DNA of 64,000 nucleotides from Hormiphora californensis (lineage: Eukaryota > Animalia > Ctenophora). Below the pieces are notes generated by a model that saw only the letters and a list, made by a program, of their open reading frames with translations, was not told where the DNA came from and did no database searches. The DNA lies in NCBI GenBank assembly GCA_020137815.1, contig CM035357.1, forward strand, positions 1,798,001-1,862,000, written 5' to 3'. The position numbers and the translations under genes are program-made. Shown here piece by piece: positions 41,201 to 53,895 of the stretch; the stretch's first letter is position 1, and each line of letters opens with the position of its first letter.

Positions 41201-42538
41201 TGGATGAACATTGAACAACCAGCACAATTGTAGAATGTGAAATTTTTTTCGTTTTTTCTTTTTTTTCTGTTTTCTCCGGATTGGAGGTGCCTGCCGGCAC
41301 CTGAATATCTGACCAATAACCATCTCTTTATTTTAAAACCTTTAAAAACATCTCTTTTCTGCAGTACGAGAACACTCGACAGATGTTGGTACCTGCGACT
41401 CTACTGGGACTACTCTATGCAGCCATTGTCAACAAAAACCATTTTCATCTCGTAGGACTCGGCCTCCTCGCTCTCTCTGGAGTTATTGGACCTTCAGGTA
41501 TTAGTTTGGTCGAGATGTAGATTGTAGAAGATTTAAAGTAAGAGTGGCGCGCCATGTTTTCTCACAAAACTTGGTGAATGAACGGGGAGTACCACCAGGA
41601 CCATTGGTACGGTATAGAAAATTTCAAATTCCGTCTCATTTATTAGTTATGACGTAATATGTTCATTATTTCAACTTTCACAAAATTGTTCTACAGAAAA
41701 ATCTGTTCATTGTGGATTGAAATGGATGCTTGCATCGTGTTCAGCGTCAAAAAATAGCCGGGGTACCAAATTTTGGTGTCTCTACCTTGTCTGTGACGCG
41801 AGATATTGACAAATATCAAAAACGACAAAAGTGAGAGAAAGAGAGATTGCTACAAGTGGGTGGCGCGCACAAACAACTAGCACCCAAAGATAACAAACTC
41901 TCTTTCTCCCATTTTTGGTCGTTTTTGATAATTGTCGATATCTCGCGTCACAGACAAGGTAGAGACACCAAAATTTGGTACCCCGGCTATTTTTTGACGC
42001 TGAACACGATGCAAGCATCCATTTCAGTCCGCAATGAACAGATTTTTCTGTAGAGCAATTTTATGAAAGTTGAAATAATGAACATATTACGTCATAACTA
42101 ATGAACGAGACAGAATTGGAAATTTTCGATACCGTACCAATGGTCCTGGTGGTACTCCCCGTTCATCCACCAAGTTTTGTGAGAAAACACGGCGCGCCAC
42201 TCTTACTTTAAAGAAGGTTGAGTTAGTTGGTGGAGATTAGCAATATTGCGTGTTGTAACTCTCTTTACATTTGTGCGGGGCTCGCGAAAGGCAGTCTAGC
42301 TTGGCAACAATATATTGCGTGTTAGATAGGCTACGTGAATTCATCGGAACATGCTCAGGGCAATATATGATCTATTTTTATCCTACTAGTAGTACTCATT
42401 ATCCATCATACTCAATAGCATTATTCAATGCATTTCCTTTCAGGAAAGATAGGTCCAGTACACAGAATCGATCTCTTCCACTTTGCTCTCGCTGGTGCTC
42501 TCTACGCTTTCAAAACTGGACTCATCCATGTTATTTGA
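38231..42538 (+). CDS. Multi-pass membrane protein, TMEM276/DUF6962-like; 5 exons (about 38231-38311, 38438-38565, 38701-38831, 41365-41498, 42444-42538)
   Basis: MAAQVTTVVSDLILSL.../...GFILVGLASAAGVFRFG...LH/AAVGLPW.../.../RIDLFHFALA; GT-AG junctions keep the frame; family assignment from memory. Confidence 0.72.
39190..40410 (+). mobile_element. Degenerate LINE reverse transcriptase fragment in an intron
   Basis: QHGFR...SCLTQL, YLDMSKAFDKVCH, GVPQGTVLAPLLFLLYVND, LFADD, KDLGI, IRPHLEY; frameshifted. Confidence 0.92.
41537..42206. mobile_element. TTAA-flanked fold-back MITE (Kolobok/piggyBac-like target)
   Basis: ttaa|agtaagagtggcgcgcc...ggcgcgccactcttact|ttaa with arms of about 290 bp. 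Confidence 0.85.
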
Positions 42539-43141
42539 GGGTCCAAGTAGGAGCCATTTTGTGGATACATTTCAAGACTATACGGTTCTGACTCAAATGT
42601 TAATTTTCAAGCGTGAATTTGATTTTGACAGTATGAATAATTTTTAATCAGACCTAGGATTAGATAACGTTTCAATCTTTTAATGAAAATCTATTTATCA
42701 ATGAATTTGTTGAGTGCACTCGAGTGGCGAGAAAAAGATAAATTATTAGTCATCTGATAAATTATATTTGTTCAACAATTTATATGTTCACAGTTAAAAA
42801 ACAATGAGTATTCAACACAGGTGATTGCCTTACTAAATCATTTTCCATTCATATCCCTTGGAAATTACCGAAATTATTTTAAATCCCCTCCTGTCTCCCA
42901 TGTTAATTACATCAGCATGGAGCAAATATATAAGTACCGTAAAACCATATATTTTCGCGGGAAACTCCTTCATCAGCGACTCCTGGTACGCTGGTGAAGT
43001 CGTCAGGGACCACCAGTAGCCAAATCGTGAAAATTAATTCCCCGCGAAAATGAATGGTTTTACTATAATACTAAAAACCCAATCCTTATTTAGCCCAGAT
43101 ATGACCTGACATGATCTAATGTAACATATAATACAAGTGTA

Positions 43142-45541
43142 ATGCTTCTGCGGCAGCTATGCCGGCGTCCCCCCTCCCTTCCACACTCCTCCCCTCTACA
43201 ACCTAGTGTCACCTGCACCCATCCAATCCGGAACCTAACCAATACAGCACGTCGACATGCCTCTCTCAAATCCCGAATCCTTGTTAATCCCATCACCCGT
43301 TTGCCCGTTGAAGTAGTAAAGATCCATTGGACGATTATCAAGGTTCCCTTTTCTTTCCTTCGAGCAGCCATCACACCTCTCCTCTTTGGCGGGTCAGTGT
43401 TCCTGGTCTACTGTGGGGGATACTCCCTTATATCACCGGCCGAATGGGCCCTTTCAGACTCTAACGTGTATCTTAATGGGGTGTTTAGGGTGTTGAGAAC
43501 TTTGGTTAACGCTGCAATGATTGTGATTGTCATGAAGTGGATGTACTGGGGTGTAGAGGTACCTGAGAGTATGACACGACGCGGTCGAGGACCACCTGTG
43601 GGGGGTCAACCGGCATCCAAACAGGAGAATGAGAATTTGACACCTATTGAAATGAAATACAAGGAGGTTCAGCACGACTTTTGGTTGTTCGCAGCAAACA
43701 AAATCGCTCAAACTTTCCTGGCGAACGGTGGGATTTACATTAAGTTAGGACAAGCGATGGCAACCTACTCTTCAATGTTACCCCAAGAGTTCGGAGATGC
43801 TTTGAAACCTCTCCTAACGAGTATATTTGAGCGGGAAAACGGGGAAATTGACCACATGTTTGCGAGAGATTTAGGTGGGCCACCGAGCGAGCTGTTTGCC
43901 GAGTTCCACCGGCAGCCCATTGCAGGAGCATCCATAGCTCAGGTGTTTCTGGGGAAGACTAATAAAGGCGAAAAAGTAGCCATCAAAGTCCAATATCACG
44001 ATATAGCGAAACGCTTCAAAACAGATAAATACACCACTATTTTCCTTCTGAAGATTCTAAATTACTTTCAACCTGATATCGAGTTTCTGAAGATGGTGCC
44101 TCACGTGTTTAATGGTTTAGAACTGGAGCTGGATTTCGTTACGGAGGGTAAAAACGCAGAGCAATGTGCCCGGGATCTTTCCCATCTTGACTTTCTGGTC
44201 ATTCCCAAGGTTCACTGGGACCTCTCTAGTAGGAGAATCCTGACAATGGAATTTGCAGAGGGAGTCAACTTGGTGGATGTACCTCAACTAAAATCGGCTG
44301 GTTTTGATCTTAGTGACATCATGAGAAAGTTGGTGAGGGTGTTTGGGGAACAGGTGTTTAACACGGGTCACGTGCACAGTGATCCTCATCCTGGGAATAT
44401 TCTGGTGCGGAAGGACAATAACGGGAAAACAGAGGTCGTTCTGATTGATCATGGGCTTTATGAGAGGTTGTCTCCGACCCTCCGGCAGGCTTTTGCTGCT
44501 TTCTGGCACTCTGTTATTATTGAAGATGATGAAACCGTCCAGAGGAGTGGACGGGATATGGGGCTCGCGCATCCGGATATATTTGCAACGCTTCTCTTTT
44601 TCAAAGCGTACGGGAAGATGAAGAAGATGGGGTTCGGGGGAGGGAGTCACAGAATGCCCAGTGAGCTGAGTGAGGAAGAGAGGAAGGAGATGGAGGATAT
44701 TCGGAGTATGGGGCACGAAATGTTCAATAGTCTACCGAAACAGTTGGGGCTGGTTATACGGAATATCAGACTCACTCAGGTATATTGCATGACTAAATTA
44801 GTAAGTTACCACACAGATGACTTACAGTGCTACTTGCAGTCAAAATACGGTATTGCGAAATACAGTAATGAGATACACACGTTGCATAACGCGCAGCAAA
44901 AAGTTCATGTGTCAGCACGTACTAGCGTACTGATTGGCCACGGTTGCGTGTCGTCTTACTGTATCTTCGTTTTCCATTACCGTTTTCCCACTACAAGCGA
45001 CCGTGATACTCTCAGTTAACATGACCCACTCATTACACAACTCAAATTCCTGTTTGTTTCATACTCCTAGTCAGTCTAGTTACACGATTCCCCCCGCTTG
45101 CAGGGTATCAACCTTTCCTTTGGAATTCCGGTCAACAGAACTAGGTTAATGGCAGAGATTGCCGTGAAGTACAGTCACCGTGACACTGACCTGTGGACAT
45201 CAATAAAACAAAGGGTGAATTATACAGTCCTTACATAGTAGTAGTAGTAGTAGTAGTACGGTCCTTACATTTGTTAGAATTGTAGGAAGTTCAGAGAAAT
45301 ATGAATTATGATTTGTATCTGTTACTAAAATATGGTATATTTCAGATAAGCTAACTAATTAAAGTAACTAATTAAAAATTTGATATTTCAGATAAAGTTT
45401 GAGTGGCACTTTTTGTACTTGGACGTCCGGAATCGCCTCCTTGAGTGGGGTGCCTGGGTCTACAGTGTGTGGACTCGAAACCAAACGAAGAATGGAGACC
45501 GACCTGACTTGACCCAGGCTGTCTCGTTCCTTCGTGCATAA
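43142..45541 (+). CDS. ADCK5: aarF/ABC1 atypical kinase; exons about 43142-44779, 45104-45214, 45392-45541
   Basis: NGGIYIKLGQ, PIAGASIAQV, VAIKVQY, ELDFVTEGKNAEQCARDL, HSDPHPGNILVRK, LIDHGLY; best recalled match is ADCK5. Confidence 0.88.
44821..45006. mobile_element. About 185-bp intronic element; second copy inverted at 56399-56583
   Basis: The two segments are reverse complements over most of their length, with imperfect TIRs. Confidence 0.75.
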
Positions 45542-45799
45542 AGACTGAGACTCTGTCCGTAATGTGTCCTCAAACGTTCCGTAGGCAGTATGTCATACTA
45601 CCCTCTGTTTGACATTAATTTTGTTGTGTCGACCCTCATTAAACCAATTTGACTTATTTTACAGATCTGCACATTGTATAATATTTGGATCATGTTTTGT
45701 AGATACTAAATGAACCTCGTTTCAACTGTTTCTCAAAGTTCCAAGTTAATCGTCTTGGCACGTCAATACTAAACTTGTTTTTACCAGAAGGTTCTTAAA

Positions 45800-47610
45800 A
45801 TGGAAGAGGGTGGATTTACGATGGTTACTCGGCAGAGAAAACGAAAGAAGGGCCGCTCCAAGAATTCTAAACCCACTGAATCGATAACAATACCATCTGG
45901 CAATGAGATGAACTTTGATATCAAGAGTCTTGTGAATGAAGTTTCATTGGAAGGTAAATGAGTTTTAAATCACGTTCCGGGTTCCCTCTCCATTATTCAA
46001 ACTGATTGCTCCTTCATCAAATTAATTATTAATGTTTCAGATCAAAATTTTTGCTCCTTCATCAAAACAGCGATTGAAAAGTATGCGATTGAGGATATCG
46101 TATGTTATGGCATTGGCAGTATTGCATCCTGTAAACTTGCACAGTACCAACTTGCCGTGTTACTCAACGTCTGCAATGGAAAAACGTGTGAGTCAGGTGT
46201 AAAATAGAAAGGTATTACACCTGAATTTTATAATCGCATTACTAGGAGTAATATTTCATCCTTAATTTCATAATACTATTGCCCCCACTTCAGTCTCGAG
46301 TGACTAATAAACATTTTCTCAAGAGCAAAGGCGGAAGTTTCCGATAAGATAAAATGCAAAGTTCACTCTGTATTTTTTCTTATCGGAAATTTGCCCTTGA
46401 GACAATTTTTATTGGTCGTGGTCATACCACTGCAAATTATGCTTTTAGGAAATACCACCAAGTATAATAAAAAGATACTAGACAGCACTGTAAATTTGTT
46501 ATGATCTGAAATATGAACCCTAATCAGAAAACTGTTCAGGTGCTCGGTATATGACCCGGTGCTGGGAGAAACAGAGAGACAGCTGATAGAGAAACAAGGT
46601 TTGGCAGCCCCTGAAAAAGGTGATGGATGTCGAAAAAAGGCAGCAGTACCCACACTTTTTTATATGATTCACTGCAGGTAAGACTCTACACTTTTGTAAA
46701 GATTTGAACCTATAATCAGGCAATGACATAGTAGTCTTTGGTCCTGTGTTTTTATAAAAGCAGTGTGAGTGAATCTTTTGAGGTTAGAACTAAAATCAGT
46801 TATTATTTTCCAGTAAGGACATGTACGATAATGTGATCACAGCAAACAAGGGAACATTGGGGAATTGTGTCATTATCGGGAACTCTATCCAGGGATATCT
46901 TACTCACAACACAGATGCCTCATTAAAGAACGAGGTTGGTTCATGTTCAACACACAGCTCTACAGGTTTCATAAACAGAGTTTCATTAACTAGCGCACCC
47001 ATTGGGTGCGCCTCAAGTAAGGATTTTTTGATAACCCACCCGGCTTCGCCGGATGGTTCTTTTCGCCCCTTGAACGTCAATAACACGGTTGCCATGGCAA
47101 CTGTATCGGTAACCATGAAGACTGGCATGTTAAAAGTCATTCGAAAATATCAACAAACTTCCACCGGAAGTTCCAAAAGTGTTAATAACAGCTTTACAGC
47201 TTTAGTCACATAAAGTGTTTTATGAAGGAGCAGTCTGTCGCTTAGATACCGCCTAACGAACGACCACTTCGACGTTCATCTCCAAATTATAATAGAGATG
47301 ATAAGTTACACAGGATAAGTATCGGATAATTGTTTATGAGCCGCATGATAATAGTTTGTAGAGATGGTACTATTATGATAAGTTAGTTTCAGTTGCTGTT
47401 GTTAACTTGGTTACGAAGTCACCCATAATTTACGTTGGGGTGCTCCCACAGATGTATAATTTCATTGCCAAATTATCCACCACTTCCCAGGTACCAGGTC
47501 TGTTTGCTGCTGCGAGTGAATCAACTGAAGAACCTCTCCCTTCCTTCGACAGTTACCCCAATGTTTTTAACGATACCTACCTGATACACTTTAACAAGAA
47601 CAAAAGATGA
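45800..47610 (+). CDS. SRRD: SRR1-like protein, 5 exons
   Basis: FTMVTR..RK, IVCYGIGSI...AQYQLA, VYDPV, PTLFYMIHC...YDNV, VIIGNS, VFNDTYLIHF. Confidence 0.9.
47088..47101. promoter_or_regulatory. Perfect palindromic RFX X-box GTTGCCATGGCAAC in an SRRD intron
   Basis: Exact consensus match; CCGGAAGT (ETS-type) about 60 bp downstream; function untested. Confidence 0.35.
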
Positions 47611-47787
47611 TGTATTTTGTTTAGAATATTTTCAGTTTTATAATTGACAATTAACATGAAATTTTGTTTATTGTTTCTGTCTGTTCCCCCTCACAATAAC
47701 AGTTTGTGTCGCCATTCTCTACATCACCTTATTGTGTCCCTGTCTCTCTACAGAGCTGTCCCGTGTTCTCTCTACAACGGGTTCTCT

Positions 47788-50010
47788 CTACAGCTCTGCT
47801 TTGTTTAGAGGGTTATACGGACACTTATGGCACGCTCGTTTCTGCCTCAACTCTCTCATCCCCTTCCGCACCTCAATCTTTCCGTACTGCTTCTCCGCAT
47901 ACCTTCCAAACAACCGGTAATAGTAACAGTAAACATCAGAAGGACGGAGCTCAGTCCGGATGAAATGCCGCCCATTTTCTGATATGATGTGGGCTAGGTG
48001 GTCGTTCTCAGCGGCCCAGTTGATCCGTTGGATCAGGTTATTAAGGTTGTGGTTGAAGGGGATGTAGTGGACCCAGGGTTCGATATCAGCGTAGAAATGC
48101 TCATAGAAGAAGGAGTCCTGTGGAAATACAATATGTGTGTTAGGTGTTTGGAATCGGAAATGTGATGAGAGCTAGCTCAAAATTTGAAATTCAATTCTGT
48201 AAAAAATAAATCCTGAAGATTTAGTTTCCCAGTACCTGTTTAAAAAGTACTGCAGGGCCAGCCATTATGAATGGAACCCGTGTAGCAGCAGCCATCCCAT
48301 CAAGTGACAACTGATACTTGTACTCGAAGAAGTCGTTGAACGGAATCCTGGAGGCATGCTCTCCATACATACTGGGCACATGAGAAAAAAACAGGGACTG
48401 AGTCAACTTAGCATCAATCTTATCTGGGTAACTCCTGGATAGCCTACACAGATCAAGCCTCTGTTCCCTGGAATCTCGACCTCTCCAAAACCCAATCGGA
48501 ACCTTCTCAGACCACTCTGGACCGACTGTCCCCGCTTGGAGTCTCTGTAGATCAAGATCGGATTTGTGGAGCGACTTCTGGATACTGTCAGTCAGCTCGT
48601 AACTGGGCAGGGCAATGTCCGCTGTATCTCGGGATCCTCCGAATGAGAACACAGGGATTGGGAGTCGCGTTGTCTTGACGATGGGCTTATCCCGGAAGTT
48701 GACGAAGAATTCCATGTCGGGAAAGGACACTTTGCCCATCAGGGATAGGAGCATGGATTCAAACTTAACATTTAGGCCACTGTGTTCACCTGGGAAGAAT
48801 TGTGGAGGTTAAGCTGCTCAGTACATAAATACATAGTATACACTGTTGTAATGGTGTAGCTGGGTAATTTTATACACGTCTGTCACAATTGTGTGACAAC
48901 TAAATATTTCCCTTGAATTACCAGGGTATTTTCTCCATACCATCTCCTATAACGTTGTTCTCTCACCTATTTCCTTGCTGTAGACCTGGTTGTTCAAGAT
49001 AACGTAGTGACCCAGATTGTAGTGGGTATCAAACTTCCTGTTCACTTGTGCATCTAGGTCAACTACTGAGATATCCGGGAATTGCTCCAGGTCCAAGTCA
49101 ATCTGATAGAATGGTGGGGGGGTATGTTAGCTGGACTTAAAACTTATGTACAACAAGAAAAAGTAGAGAGAAGGAGAGAATTTTTACTCCAACTTTATTG
49201 AACTTCTGTCTTTGGATTGCCGTGTCTGAGAAATAGGCTAATAATCGAGTGATCTATAGTCTTTTTACCGGAGAAGTAGACGTTTTATGATTTACATTTC
49301 ATGGGTATATTACCGGAGAAGTAGACGTTTTACATTTCAGTGGTATATTATACCTGGGTGTAATTTGTTTTGCATTCCATCATCTCAGTCCACTTTGCAG
49401 CGTTCCTCTCCGCACACCCACACGACTCGTGGAAAATGGGACCTTGAAGGGTGTAGGGAGAGTTCGCCACTTGAGCTCCGTTCTCCAGCTTTACCTCGAT
49501 TTCCAGGTCATCAACCTGTGGGATATAGGGGTTAAATTGACAATATCATAGGTATTGGGTAGGGGCCAAATTGATATTTGATATGCAATTAGAAAGGACC
49601 TAAGTCCTAAAACCCCTGATTTGAACTCCGAATCCAGTTACCTCTTCAAACAACCTAAACCTGGCCAGGTACACACCGTCCTCTCTGTCCACAATCTCGC
49701 TCCACACCCTCACCACATGTTTCCCTCCATCCTTCCTGACCTCCATCTTGAACTTATTCCCCACGGATACCGTGAAATTCTGCCCATTTGAGTCCACCGC
49801 CTGGATGTAGAAATACCTGACGGGCATGTGGAAGGCTGGATCCAACCCGGGACCCCAGACTTTACTGTGCTTAGGGCAGAGACTCCGTGTGGCGGTTGCG
49901 CCCCCGAGGGACATTTGGGGTTGCCCGCCGAGATTTCCATCGAAGGCTATTTCTGTTGTCTGGGTGAGGCCCAGGAGAGGGATGAGTAAACACGTAACAA
50001 GGGGACACAT
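47788..50010 (-). CDS. KDELC1: Protein O-glucosyltransferase 2/3 (KDELC; filamin repeat plus CAP10 domain)
   Basis: Signal peptide, VWGPGL...PVRYFYIQAVD, PDMEFFVNFRDKP, FWRGRDSREQRL, FFEYKYQLSLDG, DSFFYEHFY...PWVHYIP, C-terminal KAEL*. Confidence 0.92.
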
Positions 50011-50296
50011 GATGCAAACTGAGGTTGGGGAGAGAGAGAAAGAGAGAGGGAGAGAGAGAGGGAGAGAGAGAGAGAGGGGGAGTGAGTGAGAAAGAGAGAG
50101 GGAGAAAGAGAGATCTTATGTATTGGAGCTGTACACGGCGTTTGGTGAGGTGTGTGCGTGTATCTGGCTATGTGTAATAGCGTGTGTGTGTGATTCAAGA
50201 GCTTCATGTGACCCTTGTCAGCGCTAATATCCAATCTACCAGCTACATTTTACAAGAACAATGAATGAATAAAATTTTACCTGTTTTTCTAGTAGG

Positions 50297-52885
50297 ATGA
50301 TTTGTACTCGGGCACTGCTAGGTTCGGCCAGGAAGTCCCTTCTGACTAGTACCACAAGGCAGTCCCTCCTGGAGAAGATTCAACCATTTAGAAACTTCGC
50401 AACACAACAGACTCGTGAGTAATATTCAGTGGGCTTTGTATTTTATACAAGAAATCGTTTCCCCAACATTCAACAATGAATATTAACCCTCCGGAATTTG
50501 TCTTGAAAAGCACACATTGTTCCCAGTTTTGGTGTTTTAAAACCCTTCCCCTGTTCAGAGAAAGGGGCGAGAAAGCAGGCTGAAGAGAAGAGAATACTAC
50601 TGTACCAACGAAACAATTACAAGAGAGATTTGAGGTTCAATAAATTCGCTGGATTCTGCATCTGGGGACCAGGTAAAACTATCACTGTATTATTCTCATA
50701 ACTGACCTAGACCACTGTTTAGGCTTTAGGGACAGGGTCTAATCGTTCCTGAAACACGAGTTTCCTGAAACACGAGTTTCCGCTTTTTTATACTCATATC
50801 ATCTAACTCGGCTGTCCCTTTTTATGATCCCCTTCTTCTCTTAGTCTTCTCGGATCATTATTGTTGCACTTATAACACTCGACCTTCGGTCTCGTGTTAT
50901 AAGTTTTCAGGTACAACTTATAGGCATAATAAAATCCTACACTGTATTATTGTCATATCTGACCTAGATCACTTTTTAGGTACAGGGACCATGATACGTC
51001 CACTCTGAAAATAAACCCGAGTTTCTGGTTGTTCACTCTCAGATCTAACTCAGCTGTCCTGCTCATTTTATAACCCTCGGGGGTTATCTAAATTCTAGCC
51101 CCATTCAGGAGTGTTCACGGTGTCCCTTTTTATGATTACCAGTAACCGACCGAATCAGGAAATACTGGCCCCTGATTGGCTGATAACCAGTCACGTGACC
51201 TAAATAACTTGTTCTGATTGCTTGTTTACTTGTTTCGGTAGGTTCCTGATGACCCCCTTCCTCTCGTTCCAGGAGTGTTCACGGTTATAAACCTGTTGGA
51301 TCTGGGTAGAAACTACGCCAAAGTTCCCCTCTTCCAGCAGGCCTCACTTGTTGTCTGTGCCGCTGGTTGGTTTGCTGGGGCCATACTCATCTGGAAAAAA
51401 CAGGTACACAGTAAGAGAAATTACGAGAGAGCTCAATTGTCGGCGTGAGAGCGGTAGAAAGCAGTAGAAAAGAAAGGGAAGAAATTTAGAAGTTAGATAC
51501 TGGAAAGTGGATAGAATAATTCTAGAATGATTCTAGAAAAAAAAAGATTATTTTCATAGAATTGTTCGGTACGATTTGAGATGACAGGGGGTCTACCAAC
51601 CCTCTTGCCTAGCGAGTCTAACTAGTTATCTTCGGATTTAAAAACTGGTTTTCTTATAGGACAATAACTGGATCACCGTTTTTAAAACTTGTGCATTTTA
51701 ACAAATATAACTTTGTTTGTCGTAATGCCCTCAGCAATTCATACCTTTTATCTTCTCTCTATGACTGAATGTTATAATCTAACCCTTATTCTCCTTTATA
51801 TTTGTAAAATAGAGGGTCGAACAAGGCAAATTATAACAGCGTGTCAACTGCTAGTGGGAGACACTAGCGTGGTATGTGCAAAAAAATGTGTGCCACACCA
51901 ATTTCGTTTTTTCAAAAAACACGCAAGAAAAAGTTTTTCAAGATCAACTTTTCACGTTTTGGCTCATAACTCCTGTTTCTGATAAGATAAAGACTTCAAA
52001 CCTTCGCCATTCGATGGAGCTTGAAATTTCCTTTCCAACGGTATGCAAATGATTTCTGTAGCTCATCAGGAACCGGAGATATGATCACTTATGATCATAA
52101 CCGCGTAAGTTTCCTTCGGCATTATCATAATTGATCATATCTCCGGTTCCTGATGAGCTACAGAAATCGTTTGCATACCGTTGGAAAGGGAATTTCAAGC
52201 CCCATCGAATGGCGAAGGTTTGAAGTCTTTATCTTATCAGAAAAAGGAGTTATGAGCCAAAACGTGAAAAGTCAATCTTGAAAAACTTTTTCTTGCGTGT
52301 TTTTTGAAAAACGAAATTGGTGTGGCGCGCATTTTTTTGCGCATACCACGCTAGTGTCTCCCATGACTATGCAGGTAACAACACCACTAGTATATAACAA
52401 GTAATATAACAAGTGCGTGTTCAATTCAGGTACGGCAGCTCGAGTATTTCCCACTTAAGAACATGTTTGAGATAACAACGCTGAACTGGAGAGGAGCTCC
52501 CGTGGTAGATCGAGCTAAACTGGGGGATGTACTTTATAGGGATACCAATGAACGACAAAATAGTGAGTTTCATCATGAGACAAAATAGTGAGTTTGAGAG
52601 ACCATGATTTATGACACAAAATAGTGAGTTTGAAAGGATTTAGGAGATAAAATTGTGAGACTAAAACATGGAAATTGGAATCAGATGTACAATGATATCA
52701 TCATGTACATTTGGGCCATTATACAACATTGACAACAAATCGTGATTCAATATTCCCATTTAATTTCCATTTAATTTCCAGGGTTGATTCTGCAAGTAAT
52801 GGACAGGGATTTTGTTATACAAAAAGATAAGGGTGTTTTGCCGAATGAAGAGACTCTATACAAGCTGACGGGACGAAGAAGTTGA
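50297..52885 (+). CDS. TMEM223/TMEM70/TMEM186-family mitochondrial membrane protein (paralog A), 5 exons
   Basis: Arg/Ser/Leu-rich presequence, ILLYQRN, two hydrophobic segments, KQVRQLEY...FEITT, LILQV...KDKGVLPNEETLYKLTG, recalling the TMEM223 C-terminus. Confidence 0.7.
51855..52343. mobile_element. About 490-bp fold-back element in an intron of paralog A
   Basis: tgggagacactagcgtggtatg...cataccacgctagtgtctccca, nearly fully palindromic. Confidence 0.85.
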
Positions 52886-53020
52886 ATTTATATTTGTTAC
52901 GAAAGTTTTGTAATAATTTTGTTTTCCGTGATTTTGGGGGCAAAACTATTTAGTAGTTTCATTACATTACAAATTTCAATGATGAATTTAACACTAATCC
53001 CATTTTCTATGTTAGTCACC

Positions 53021-53554
53021 ATGGTTACAGTCCGGGGTAAACAGCGAAACAATCGACGTGGCAGGATCACCAAGACAACAGCGGGGAAAAGCCGGAAAAA
53101 GGACTACCAAAAAAAGCACAAAGTTATCATCAAAAATGAGTTAATTCGGAAAAACTGGGACAAATCCAAGACCATGAAAGAGAACTTTGCGGCGCTTGGT
53201 CTTGCTTCAGACGTGAACGAGGTTTACCGCACCACCCACCACAAGAGAGCCAAGGATGATGAAGTTGAAGAGGGGGACGTCGCTGAATACCAAGCCATGG
53301 TTGAGACAGATGTTGTAAAACAGATGGAATCGGAGTGCAAGAGTGGGGCCGGACCGGTTATCAGACATTACTCTCCCAATGAGTGTGCGCTGTGGGAGGG
53401 TCTGGTTAAGGATCATGGGGAGGATTACAAGGCGATGGCAAGGGATAAGAGGAACACTCTCCAGCATACACCGAAACAGATAAAGAGGAAGATTGAGGGG
53501 TATTTGAAGTTTAAAAGTGCAGAAGGGAGGACCAAAATGGGCTGTGTCGGGTGA
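53021..53554 (+). CDS. NOP16: Nucleolar protein 16, single exon
   Basis: IRKNWDKSKTMKENFAALGL and HGEDYKAMARDKRNTLQHTPKQIKRKI; ATG taken at 53021, behind an acceptor. Confidence 0.93.
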   Translation: MVTVRGKQRNNRRGRITKTTAGKSRKKDYQKKHKVIIKNELIRKNWDKSKTMKENFAALGLASDVNEVYRTTHHKRAKDDEVEEGDVAEYQAMVETDVVKQMESECKSGAGPVIRHYSPNECALWEGLVKDHGEDYKAMARDKRNTLQHTPKQIKRKIEGYLKFKSAEGRTKMGCVG

Positions 53555-53895
53555 TCTCGCAGGGACCATGTTTTTATTCTTTAGAGTGTGTGTTTCGCAG
53601 CAGTTTAACCAGTGACTAAATTATTATTTTATTCAAACCAGCAACTCACGTGTTTTATGTTTGATTTTCGACAATCCTCCCTGGCCCCCTTATCCTTCTG
53701 TATGGCGGCGGCAGACCCCGATTTGCGCTCAGAGGGGGGTCTGCGGCGCCAGACGGTTATCCTTCAAGTTAAGTCCCAGACGGGCTTCCCTGATTGACGA
53801 ATACCCCTTCCTTTGCCAACCTCTTCGTTTTTCCCCAACTTCCTCATTAAATGATTATAACCCCTCTCTTTCAACAGTTTTCGAGAACTATAATC

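Noticed and set aside
44780-45019. C-terminal 80 aa of the 625-aa ADCK ORF
   Set aside because: Read-through past the donor cag|gtatat into an intron containing a repeat also found at 56399-56583
46821-47213. 130-aa ORF as a separate gene
   Set aside because: The first part is an SRRD exon; the rest is intron read-through
52919-53020. N-terminal extension of NOP16 in the ORF track
   Set aside because: Spacer sequence with branch point and acceptor; the family-like sequence starts at ATG 53021
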